From: Bacteroidaceae bacterium
GTDB lineage: Bacteria; Bacteroidota; Bacteroidia; Bacteroidales; Bacteroidaceae
DNA: 64,000 bases
NCBI GenBank assembly: GCA_024401095.1
Contig: JAKSLR010000011.1
Coordinates: 13,684 to 77,683 of the forward strand
Direction: 5' to 3'
Shown here: positions 8,148 through 16,091 of the stretch, in pieces
How positions within the stretch are numbered: position 1 is the stretch's first letter
How the letters are laid out: each line of letters starts with the position of its first letter
Notes under the pieces: generated by a model
The model's input: the letters and a program-made list of their open reading frames with translations, nothing else
What the model was told of the DNA's origin: nothing
Database searches by the model: none
Program-made: the position numbers and the translations under genes

Positions 8148-9089
8148 ATGGCAAAAATCCAATTAGTTAATAGTGGTGTAACCTTCTTAGAGGAGCCACA
8201 TGAATACTGGCTAACCTTACCCAATGGTGAGAAGAAGCAGTTGTTTGGAATAACCAAGGCAATCCAAAGACAAGTAGCTGGAACAGAGTACGATGGATGC
8301 CCTGAGTATCTTATCAAGCGTGCCGGAGAATATGGATCTAGCGTTCACAAGTCAATCGAAAGACTAATCAATGAATTCGATCACGATGGTACCGTAGAGA
8401 CGGAAGATTTCCGAAACCTCACAGCAGATATGAACATCGAAGCTAGTGAGTACAATGTTACCGATGGCGATTACTACGCAAGCAACATCGATTTAGTAAC
8501 CAGGTTGTCTGATACAGAGTTCAGCCTGTTTGACATCAAAACCTATTCGAACGCTAAACTGACCAAAGCACAGATGGCTAAAGTCCGCTATCAACTTAGC
8601 TGCTATGCCTATATGTTTGAGTTGCAGAATCCTGGAGCAAGAGTCATCGAACTAAGTGTAATCCACATCTGTAACAAGACTAAGAAAGATGGAACGGTCA
8701 ATCACATTGCAGAATTGGTTCCTATTGAGCGCATTCCAACGGAAATCTGTAAGGCTCTTCTAGAAGCAGACCGTAATGGTATTCAATTCAACAATCCGTA
8801 TGAACTACCGAAGGATGTTGAGAAAAAATGCAAGCGTATCATCAAGCTTATCCAGACCAAGAAGGAGGTAGAGGAAGAGCTGAATTTCATCAAGAAGGAC
8901 ATTCTTGAGACCATGCTCTTCCTCGATGTCAAGAACTGGAAGGGCGATAACATCAGTTTTACCAGACTAGAGGATACACAGAGAAACAGCTTTGATTTAG
9001 CTGCTTTCAAGAAAGCATATCCCGATTTGCCTTACGAAAGCTACATCAAAACAAGTAAAGTGGCTGGATCATTGAAGATTGCCATTTAA
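8148..9089 (+). CDS. PD-(D/E)XK superfamily exonuclease (RecB/Cas4/lambda-Exo-like)
   Basis: EYGSSVHK, NIDLV...FSLFDIKT (D...D/E-x-K) and RYQLSCYAYM (QxxxY). Sits 5 nt after the annealase gene. Confidence 0.6.
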   Translation: MAKIQLVNSGVTFLEEPHEYWLTLPNGEKKQLFGITKAIQRQVAGTEYDGCPEYLIKRAGEYGSSVHKSIERLINEFDHDGTVETEDFRNLTADMNIEASEYNVTDGDYYASNIDLVTRLSDTEFSLFDIKTYSNAKLTKAQMAKVRYQLSCYAYMFELQNPGARVIELSVIHICNKTKKDGTVNHIAELVPIERIPTEICKALLEADRNGIQFNNPYELPKDVEKKCKRIIKLIQTKKEVEEELNFIKKDILETMLFLDVKNWKGDNISFTRLEDTQRNSFDLAAFKKAYPDLPYESYIKTSKVAGSLKIAI

Positions 9090-9101
9090 TTTAACCCCCA
9101 C

Positions 9102-9156
9102 GCAGGGAGAAGAACCAAACCAATTTTTACAGGAAAGTTCTTCTCCCTGCTTTTTG
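9102..9156 (+). terminator. Strong rho-independent terminator
   Basis: GCAGGGAGAAGAAC (9102-9115) pairs with GTTCTTCTCCCTGC (9137-9150), a 14-bp stem, then TTTTTG. Confidence 0.7.
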
Positions 9157-9182
9157 TTTAATCATTTAAAAATCAAAACAAT

Positions 9183-9632
9183 ATGGAAGTAAATGATAAG
9201 GTTGGCGAAGTTGAAGTAGCCTACAAACCAAAAATCAAGGAAAGACGAAAGTTGACAGACAGTGCAGCTTGTTATGATTTTCTAATTGAAAAATGCTACA
9301 ACCCTGACACCATTGAATACCGAGAAGAATTCAAGGTTCTATTCCTGAACAACAACCTACAGCTACTTGGTTGGTCAACGATATCCAGCGGTGGGCTGAC
9401 AGAAACCACTGTAGACATTAGGATGTTGATGCAGTACAGCCTGCTCATGAATGCCAAATTAATTGTCTGTTCCCATAATCACCCAAGCGGCTCTTTAAAG
9501 CCATCAAATGATGACGAGAGGTTGACTGAGAGAATAAAGAAAGCCTCAGAAGTATTGAATATAAAACTCCTGGATCATATCATCGTGACTCCAGAGAGCT
9601 ACTATTCATTCAATGATGAGGGCAAATTGTAA
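9183..9632 (+). CDS. radC: RadC-like JAB/MPN domain protein
   Basis: VCSHNHPSGSLKPSNDDERLT is the JAMM motif (H-x-H-P-S-G...PS..D). Confidence 0.85.
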   Translation: MEVNDKVGEVEVAYKPKIKERRKLTDSAACYDFLIEKCYNPDTIEYREEFKVLFLNNNLQLLGWSTISSGGLTETTVDIRMLMQYSLLMNAKLIVCSHNHPSGSLKPSNDDERLTERIKKASEVLNIKLLDHIIVTPESYYSFNDEGKL

Positions 9633-9653
9633 ACATTTAAAAAACAAACAATT

Positions 9654-10160
9654 ATGGATTTGAACAAAGAATTATTTCGTAGGACAGCACCAGCAAAGAA
9701 GCTGGAGCTTATCAATAGAGCTACACTTGCAGACTTGTCTGCAGTCAAAGCTGAGACCATAATCAGATGTGTTCAGGAAACAGGTGAACCTGCCTGTTGG
9801 AGTAAAGAGCCAAAAAAAAGGATAACTTCAAAAAAGCTCAGATGCGATAGAGTTTCTAATGGATGGGATGCGACATTCTACCATGTTGCAATTTATGGTA
9901 GAGAGCATAAGCTGAACTTCCACTTTGAAGGTACCATTGATAATAGGTACATCGATTGTGATGGCTTCTGCCATGACCTAAACTTCAAGGAAATGACATC
10001 AACTCAAACCATTAAGAAGGAAGTTCAGTACGAAGGTAGAGATAACCACCCTCATCGGGAAACATTCCGCTGGGATTGGGATGAAAGAATGGAATGTATT
10101 CGTTCTATCCTTACCACTTACATTAAAACCAAGTATTCTTCAAAACTACAGGAACAATGA
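9654..10160 (+). CDS. Hypothetical protein (168 aa)
   Basis: ORF in a same-strand chain; no motif recognised. Confidence 0.5.
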   Translation: MDLNKELFRRTAPAKKLELINRATLADLSAVKAETIIRCVQETGEPACWSKEPKKRITSKKLRCDRVSNGWDATFYHVAIYGREHKLNFHFEGTIDNRYIDCDGFCHDLNFKEMTSTQTIKKEVQYEGRDNHPHRETFRWDWDERMECIRSILTTYIKTKYSSKLQEQ

Positions 10161-10378
10161 AAATAATATGTATAGGCTCCAAAGTAGATTACCGCTTATG
10201 GGGCCAGAAACAGCTACGAACTGCTACTGTAGAAGGGATAGAGATTTGCAAAGAAGGTACCAAGTATGGCCGTAGTGTAAACCGATGCGACTTAGATAAA
10301 CATAATCAAGTGGTCTTTGACCTCTCTGACGGTCATTGGTGCTATGGTTATCAGATAGCTCACATTTTAAACAAATAA
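10157..10378 (+). CDS. Hypothetical protein (73 aa), ATGA overlap with the upstream gene
   Basis: The 4-nt start/stop overlap suggests translational coupling. Confidence 0.45.
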   Translation: MKIICIGSKVDYRLWGQKQLRTATVEGIEICKEGTKYGRSVNRCDLDKHNQVVFDLSDGHWCYGYQIAHILNK

Positions 10379-10382
10379 AGCT

Positions 10383-10622
10383 ATGGCAACAGAAACCAAA
10401 CGTATTACAATGAAGTATTGGGATAGCCTCGAAGAAGGTTCCCGGTACAGAGCATTACGCAAAGTGTTCAGCAATTTTCCCGATAGCATCAACCATCAGA
10501 ATGCAAAGGAGAAGGCAAAGAATCTCGACGATTGGATGTGGAAGATAATCCAACGTCATGTCAAGATGCCTATTGGCGAGAGTTATTACCGTACCTGCAT
10601 TGATAGAACCTGGATGATGTAA
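10383..10622 (+). CDS. Hypothetical protein (79 aa)
   Basis: ORF starts 5 nt after the preceding stop. Confidence 0.45.
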   Translation: MATETKRITMKYWDSLEEGSRYRALRKVFSNFPDSINHQNAKEKAKNLDDWMWKIIQRHVKMPIGESYYRTCIDRTWMM

Positions 10623-10695
10623 TGGAACAGATTCTTCAAACAATCCTAATACTATCAGCAATGATTTATGTAGGATACATAACTTTTACGGAACC

Positions 10696-10809
10696 ATGAT
10701 TACGTTAGTCTTTACATTTAGAGACACGTTGTCATTGGTACTATTGGCGGTTTTGATAACTTTCTACTTCTACAAGAAACGGAAAGCTGAGAGAATGAAC
10801 AAAGAGTGA
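10696..10809 (+). CDS. Possible 37-aa membrane micro-protein (MITLVFTFRDTLSLVLLAVLITFYFYKKRKAERMNKE)
   Basis: Hydrophobic helix plus basic tail. ATGA overlap with a 25-codon ORF (10622-10699) that itself overlaps the previous stop. Below the ORF-track threshold; found by reading the sequence. Confidence 0.3.
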   Translation: MITLVFTFRDTLSLVLLAVLITFYFYKKRKAERMNKE

Positions 10810-10814
10810 GATTA

Positions 10815-10868
10815 TGCACTCCTGTAAAGAACTATTTTTGTGATTTTACAGGGGTGCATTTCTTTTTC
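10815..10868 (+). terminator. Rho-independent terminator
   Basis: TGCACTCCTGTAAA pairs with TTTACAGGGGTGCA (14 bp, one wobble), then TTTCTTTTTC. Confidence 0.6.
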
Positions 10869-10874
10869 ACGCTT

Positions 10875-10892
10875 ATTAGACGTTCGTCTAAT
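10875..10892. promoter_or_regulatory. Perfect 18-bp palindrome ATTAGACG-TT-CGTCTAAT upstream of the serine recombinase gene
   Basis: Read directly; lies 21 nt upstream of ATG 10913. Confidence 0.45.
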
Positions 10893-10912
10893 ATTCAAGA
10901 AAACAGTAAAAA

Positions 10913-11605
10913 ATGAACAAACGACAGAACTATGTGGCTTATCTGAGGGTAAGCACACAGAAACAAGGATACTCAGGACTCGGTCTTGAGGCACAGAGAG
11001 AAATAATACACAACTACCTTCGTGATACGAGACCGATTGAAGAATATGTAGAAGTTGAGTCTGGTCGTAAAACAGACAGACCGAAACTTACAGAAGCTTT
11101 GGAATCATGTAAGAAAACTGGTGCAACACTGATAGTTGCAAAGTTAGACCGACTTGCACGTAACGTTGCTTTTCTTTCTCAATTATTAGAAAGCGATACG
11201 GAGATTATCTTCTGTGACTTTCCACAGGCAAACAAGATGGTTCTGCACATTTTGGGTGCAATATCCCAATACGAGGCAGAGCTTGTAAGCATCAGAACAA
11301 AAGCAGCTCTTCAGGCAAAGAAAGCCAGGGGCTCACATTTAGGAAACCCAGAACATCTTATGGGCAAGCATGCAGCTGCATTAGCCAAATCGAATGCAAC
11401 CAACAGAAAGAAAGCAGCAGATAATCCTAACAACAAGAGAGCAGTGGCTATGCTGAGAACATTAGCAACCCAAGATCTTACATTACAGGAAATGGCTGAC
11501 AGTCTAAATAAGGAAGGATTTGTATCTTCCCAAGGATGCAAATTCAGACCTAGTACTGTAGCCACTTTGCTTAACAGAAACAATATAGAACGATTTAATC
11601 ATTAG
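10913..11605 (+). CDS. Small serine recombinase (resolvase/invertase family)
   Basis: YLRVSTQKQ catalytic-serine motif, LIVAKLDRLARN, and a C-terminal HTH-like region. Confidence 0.9.
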   Translation: MNKRQNYVAYLRVSTQKQGYSGLGLEAQREIIHNYLRDTRPIEEYVEVESGRKTDRPKLTEALESCKKTGATLIVAKLDRLARNVAFLSQLLESDTEIIFCDFPQANKMVLHILGAISQYEAELVSIRTKAALQAKKARGSHLGNPEHLMGKHAAALAKSNATNRKKAADNPNNKRAVAMLRTLATQDLTLQEMADSLNKEGFVSSQGCKFRPSTVATLLNRNNIERFNH

Positions 11606-11616
11606 GAGGATAAATT

Positions 11617-12186
11617 ATGCCGAACTGGTGCGACACGACCTATAAATGCGTAGGAGACATCAAAGAGATAATGGCACTCAAGAAAGCCTTAGACTACAAC
11701 AACAAGCGAAAGACTCCACTTGTTAAGAATGGGTTTGGAACTATGTGGCTAGGTTGTATCATCAATTATCTTGGTGGCGACTGGGAACAATGCCGTTGCC
11801 GTGGTGAGATTACTGACTTTGGATTGGAAAACAACATCTTAACAATATACCAATCCACAGCTTGGTGTGAACAGGAAGGGTTCAGACAATTCATAGAGAA
11901 GACCTTCCCAAGTATTACGGTTTATTATCAAGAACAAGAACCAGGTTGTGAAGTATTCTATACCAATTCTTTCGATTACTTTCCAGAACATTATTTTCTG
12001 GATTCTTACGAAGACTGGGAATACTTCGAATCGCTAGGAGAAGCAGCTAAATACACTGGTAAAATAGTCGGGCATGAAGTTGAAGCTGATGTTAACGCTA
12101 TCCAATCAGCATTGGATGATTATGTGGAGAAGATGGATGACGAAGACATATTTTACGGCTTTCATGAGTTTAAGCTGACAAAATGA
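11617..12186 (+). CDS. DUF1281/Api92-like (ferredoxin-like) protein, acidic C-terminus
   Basis: The N-terminal MPNWCDTTYK resembles the MPNW start of this plasmid/phage family (recalled, not searched). A perfect AGGAGG sits 7 nt upstream of the ATG. Confidence 0.4.
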   Translation: MPNWCDTTYKCVGDIKEIMALKKALDYNNKRKTPLVKNGFGTMWLGCIINYLGGDWEQCRCRGEITDFGLENNILTIYQSTAWCEQEGFRQFIEKTFPSITVYYQEQEPGCEVFYTNSFDYFPEHYFLDSYEDWEYFESLGEAAKYTGKIVGHEVEADVNAIQSALDDYVEKMDDEDIFYGFHEFKLTK

Positions 12187-12301
12187 TTAAAAATGGAGGT
12201 GGTGGATCATTCTGCCACTGCCTCCTTCAATAAAATACTGGCCGATAGACAGGGGCCAGTAAAAGTGCACTCTGCAACACTGCTTTCTGTATCACACTAA
12301 T

Positions 12302-12332
12302 CAACACCTTCTAGGGTGTTGTTTTTCTTTTT
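12302..12332 (+). terminator. Rho-independent terminator
   Basis: CAACACC-6 nt loop-GGTGTTG, then TTTTTCTTTTT. Confidence 0.65.
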
Positions 12333-12403
12333 GGAAAAGGAATAAAGCAAAACATCTTTCCTATCAGGACAACCGGAATGACAAAAATCAATAAATCTAT
12401 CAT

Positions 12404-13801
12404 TTATTCTATTAGTTCTAACTGGACAGGGAATGACACACCTGCCCCTTCAATGTAGAATTGTTCTTCAGAATTTGTAATCCGTTTTATAATATTAACA
12501 CCTTTCAAATTTATTGGAATAGTATTAACAAGCGGGAAATTATCTTTTTTTACAACAGCCTTAAATCGTGTTTTTGTTGATAGATCTTCTATATGAAACT
12601 CGACGTATTCGTCTTGGCTATTAAACCCGTTAATTATTAAATGAACACCTTCCTGTCCGAAATAACGATTTGGCCACTGCTCCACATATTCTTCAAAAAA
12701 TGGCTTAATGGCATGAACGATTTGTATTGTAAGGCGCTTGTATTTTATATCAGATGTTACTCTTTTCAAAGTCAAAATTGAGTTTCCAGAAATTCTAGAT
12801 TTAACATACAAAATGTCATATTCTTTATTAAAGGAAACTTCATAAACTTTATCTTTGTTGATTGGAAGATTATTTAAGGACATCAACAACCTATCGCTTT
12901 GCTCACAAAAAAAGGCAGAATATTCTCTACAAAGTCTAGGTACGCAGTCTAATTCATATGAATATACTGCTATCAAATACATTGGCTCTACATCTGTAAA
13001 ACATTTCACACAAATAATTGGATTATCACGCCCTAACCCTTCGCAATTTTCTAAAACCCAATAAGACATCTCATCTTTGATGGGATATTCAAATATTATG
13101 TTTCCATTTACCTTGCCTGTACTCCAATAACGGATGGTATCTCCTGCTTCATAAATAAGATCTGCCCAATTTTTAATTAATTTGAAAGAAGCCTCTTCTT
13201 GGGTAGGAAAAGTCTCTCGCCCCTCAAAAAATGGAAGAACCTGACTCCTAAAAAATAAATAAAGTCTATAACCATCCTTTTTTGTTTTCTTAATGTAAGG
13301 ATCATATAGTCCTATACGAGCTATGAAAATACAAATAGCACCCCAAAAAACATCTTTATCTTTCCTTTGAAACTCCAATATCTGATTTTCCAGCTTCCCA
13401 CATTGCCCTTTGCTGCTTGTCAAGAAGAAAAATTCCAAGCAGTCAATGATTGCTTCATCTTTGCTCTTATAAGCTGCAATAAACTGATAATATCTGCGAA
13501 GAACATTGTAAATCTCCAAAGCTCTCAAGAATGAATAAAGGGAGCCTTCTCCGTATTGCATATCAAAATACTCCTCAAATTTTTGAAGGACTTTAATTAA
13601 ATTCAGACGGCTATGCCTTTTCATGCGTGATTCAGAGAAAAATTCCTTTTGGATTGACATTCCAAATCTTTCTAAAAGGCTAATATATTCTATCTTTTTG
13701 GGATATAACAAAGAGAGGTAAGGTTCTTTCCCTCCAACAACAATCCTCAGAGCATTTCGTAATTCCTCATCGGTCAAAAGCTGAAAAGCTATTTTTCTCA
13801 T
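12404..13801 (-). CDS. Hypothetical protein (465 aa), AT-rich, opposite strand to the surrounding array
   Basis: Long uninterrupted ORF with no motif recognised. Two 60-nt lines counted at 27-30% GC, against 47% for a line in the adjacent recombinase gene. Confidence 0.7.
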   Translation of the reverse strand: MRKIAFQLLTDEELRNALRIVVGGKEPYLSLLYPKKIEYISLLERFGMSIQKEFFSESRMKRHSRLNLIKVLQKFEEYFDMQYGEGSLYSFLRALEIYNVLRRYYQFIAAYKSKDEAIIDCLEFFFLTSSKGQCGKLENQILEFQRKDKDVFWGAICIFIARIGLYDPYIKKTKKDGYRLYLFFRSQVLPFFEGRETFPTQEEASFKLIKNWADLIYEAGDTIRYWSTGKVNGNIIFEYPIKDEMSYWVLENCEGLGRDNPIICVKCFTDVEPMYLIAVYSYELDCVPRLCREYSAFFCEQSDRLLMSLNNLPINKDKVYEVSFNKEYDILYVKSRISGNSILTLKRVTSDIKYKRLTIQIVHAIKPFFEEYVEQWPNRYFGQEGVHLIINGFNSQDEYVEFHIEDLSTKTRFKAVVKKDNFPLVNTIPINLKGVNIIKRITNSEEQFYIEGAGVSFPVQLELIE

Positions 13802-13805
13802 GTCG

Positions 13806-13813
13806 CAAATTTA
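13806..13813 (-). promoter_or_regulatory. TAnnTTTG box (TAAATTTG, minus strand), only 5 nt from ATG 13801
   Basis: Exact consensus match. The spacing would imply a near-leaderless mRNA. A TTGCCAA/TTGGCAA inverted repeat lies just upstream. Confidence 0.3.
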
Positions 13814-13905
13814 TCACATTTTTGCCAATAACATATGCTTTTGGCAACTTTTTTCTTATTATGCATCCTCAAACCTTTTTTTTTCCTAGGCTGAAAAAGC
13901 CTCAC

Positions 13906-13913
13906 TAAATTTG
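13906..13913 (+). promoter_or_regulatory. TAnnTTTG box (TAAATTTG)
   Basis: Lies 36 nt upstream of ATG 13949. Confidence 0.45.
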
Positions 13914-13948
13914 TCCCAGAGATTAACATTAAAAACAACAAAACAATT

Positions 13949-14386
13949 ATGGAAAAAGAAAATTTCTTGAAAGGACCTCCTGAGGTTGAGGTTCTCCAAT
14001 TGTTAAAGCTCTTAGGTATTAAGAATGCTGGTAATGAGATTGGTGAAGAGGACTTGACGAGCAACCTCGAAGAGCTAATCCAGCTAGTAGAGAGCGCTAC
14101 TGAAAGAGCTGAACGTTATTTAGCCTCCCTGGCCTCCCTGAAAGCAAAAAAAGCCGAAGAATATTGTAGAAAGAGAGGTTTATATTATAAGTGTAAAAAA
14201 TCAAGTATTATGACAGAAGAATTTTGTGAAGAATGTCGTTTCTATGACGAGGAGGGATACTGCCGCCATTTTCAAGATTGGCTTGAAAATATTGATGAGT
14301 GCGAAGACGACGCCCCAAACCCTGAGTACGACGAGGAAGAAACCTTAGACTGGATGCATGGTGGTAATGAGCGTGATGATGAGTAA
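13949..14386 (+). CDS. Hypothetical very acidic protein with Cys cluster (145 aa)
   Basis: By my count 39 of 145 residues are D/E. Contains CEECRFYDEEGYCRHF...DEC. Confidence 0.55.
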   Translation: MEKENFLKGPPEVEVLQLLKLLGIKNAGNEIGEEDLTSNLEELIQLVESATERAERYLASLASLKAKKAEEYCRKRGLYYKCKKSSIMTEEFCEECRFYDEEGYCRHFQDWLENIDECEDDAPNPEYDEEETLDWMHGGNERDDE

Positions 14387-14477
14387 TAATTACTGAGCAA
14401 GCAGGATGCTCAAAAGTAGCCTTCACTTCCTGCATATAGTAAAGGCTAATTTTTAACTAAAAAAGCAAAAAAAGAAT

Positions 14478-14885
14478 ATGAAAATTTTAGATGCATATAA
14501 ACCATGTTTAACTTCTGTTACTATCAGCGCCATTGATCTTTCAGTTGGCCTGGTTGAAAGAGTCCTGGTTGTTGAAGACAATGGTGAAATAATCGCTAGA
14601 TCCCTGAAGGTGAATTCTTTGGGAGATCGTGTCCTTGTGGAAGATTCAGAGTATCAAGTATTCCCAATCGATGACGAGACCTTGCCTCCGTTTGAGTATA
14701 TTGTTGAAACTGTATTATGCAAAGGAGACCCCGAGGAAGCTGCAGAGATGGCCGAAATTCTAGCTGACAATCTGCGCAAATTTGGTTTCCAATACGTTTC
14801 AAAGGGAAAGGAGCAAAAATTGCCAATCGATGTGTATACAGCAGTCGCTCTCCGCATCGCTCTTAATGATAATGAAGAAGACTAA
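14478..14885 (+). CDS. Hypothetical acidic protein (135 aa)
   Basis: By my count 27 D/E against 13 K/R; no motif recognised. Confidence 0.5.
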   Translation: MKILDAYKPCLTSVTISAIDLSVGLVERVLVVEDNGEIIARSLKVNSLGDRVLVEDSEYQVFPIDDETLPPFEYIVETVLCKGDPEEAAEMAEILADNLRKFGFQYVSKGKEQKLPIDVYTAVALRIALNDNEED

Positions 14886-14943
14886 CTAAACTCTCCTTCC
14901 CCTTCATCCCGGAGGGAAAGGGGCTAATACTAAAATAATAAAT

Positions 14944-15522
14944 ATGATACACACTATTTCTTATACAGGAGATCGAGGATCTTGGCTCGTGTTCAAGAAT
15001 AAACTGAGATATCTGAAAGCATTTGCAGAAATGCACTTTTCTAGAGATTGTATTGAACTAATTTTGAACAAGTCGCAGCTTGACAGTCATGTCATTATCC
15101 AGGGATACATCAATGACTATTTGTTGCCTAGAAAAAACAAAATCATTGTAAATAAGAACACAGATGCTGTCGTCATAAACTACGAGGGCATGCGTGAATT
15201 TTCAGTCGGAATTAATGGCAATGGCTTCAAGATTCTTGATTCTGGATTCATTTCTGTAACCCCTACTCCATACATAAAAGAGGGTGAAGCAGTCTCATCC
15301 TTACTAGGATTCCGCGATGTACTTATGCAAACATATCCGGCATTGCAAAGCGACATTGACTATGAAAAGGAATCTCAGACGTACTCGCTGACTATCAAGG
15401 TAAATGAGCTAGACAAATCTTCGAAGATCGAGTTATTAGCAATGATAACAAATCGTTTGGGCTTTTCACACCAATCTATCGAAGATTTTAGTAGTATTGA
15501 AATTTTTTATCACCCATGGTAG
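14944..15522 (+). CDS. Hypothetical protein (192 aa)
   Basis: ORF in the same-strand operon. Confidence 0.5.
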   Translation: MIHTISYTGDRGSWLVFKNKLRYLKAFAEMHFSRDCIELILNKSQLDSHVIIQGYINDYLLPRKNKIIVNKNTDAVVINYEGMREFSVGINGNGFKILDSGFISVTPTPYIKEGEAVSSLLGFRDVLMQTYPALQSDIDYEKESQTYSLTIKVNELDKSSKIELLAMITNRLGFSHQSIEDFSSIEIFYHPW

Positions 15523-15698
15523 ATGATTTGTTGTATCGCATATATATAGCTGCTTCAGCTGTATTTTGCGTGGTGGTTGGTATGCTTGCAGCAAATTTAA
15601 TCGTGAATTTCATTAAGCAAGATTGGACGTATAAGAAACAAGCTTTGGTTTGTGTATGGCTTTGCCTTATGTTTACGGTTTGTTTCCTTCTGTTGTAA
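15516..15698 (+). CDS. Small two-helix membrane protein (60 aa), overlaps the upstream gene by 7 nt
   Basis: Two hydrophobic stretches: AASAVFCVVVGMLAANLIV and LVCVWLCLMFTVCFLLL. Confidence 0.4.
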   Translation: MVDDLLYRIYIAASAVFCVVVGMLAANLIVNFIKQDWTYKKQALVCVWLCLMFTVCFLLL

Positions 15699-15742
15699 TT
15701 TCGTTTCTTTTTTCATATTTTTTTTAATTGTTAATATTTTGG

Positions 15743-15780
15743 AAGGAGGGTATATCATTTGATGCCCCTCCTTTTTTTTC
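15743..15780 (+). terminator. Rho-independent terminator
   Basis: AAGGAGGG-15 nt loop-CCCTCCTT, then a T-run. Confidence 0.65.
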
Positions 15781-16059
15781 TTTCCACCATAAAAAGACTT
15801 TTCCTGCCTGATTATTTGCAAGTACCACAAACAACCACTACCTTTGCATTCAAATAACAAGAGGAACAGCTGCGAACCGCGTAATAGGCGTTGCATTCAG
15901 AAAGTAGTTTCTCTTGTTTCTTTTTATACACCTAATAATCCTAAATTTCAACGACTTACATGTAATGTTATCTGCTGTATGTGTGTATGGGATACAGTGT
16001 ATGAATACATTTTTCTTCCATTAATTTTGATTTTGTATTACACTATTCAAAATATTATC

Positions 16060-16067
16060 TTACTTTT
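16060..16067 (+). promoter_or_regulatory. TAnnTTTG box (TACTTTTG)
   Basis: Lies 25 nt upstream of ATG 16092. A second exact box (TACCTTTG) lies at about 15839. Confidence 0.45.
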
Positions 16068-16091
16068 GTGGCTGACTAAGTTATAACCCAC

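Noticed and set aside
12193-12300. 35-codon ORF (MEVVDHSATASFNK...) between the DUF1281-like gene and the terminator
   Set aside because: It is in the right place to be a real micro-gene, ending exactly at the terminator. However, it has no supporting signal, and the region also forms hairpins (ACTGGCC...GGCCAGT). I left it uncalled; Ribo-seq could revive it.
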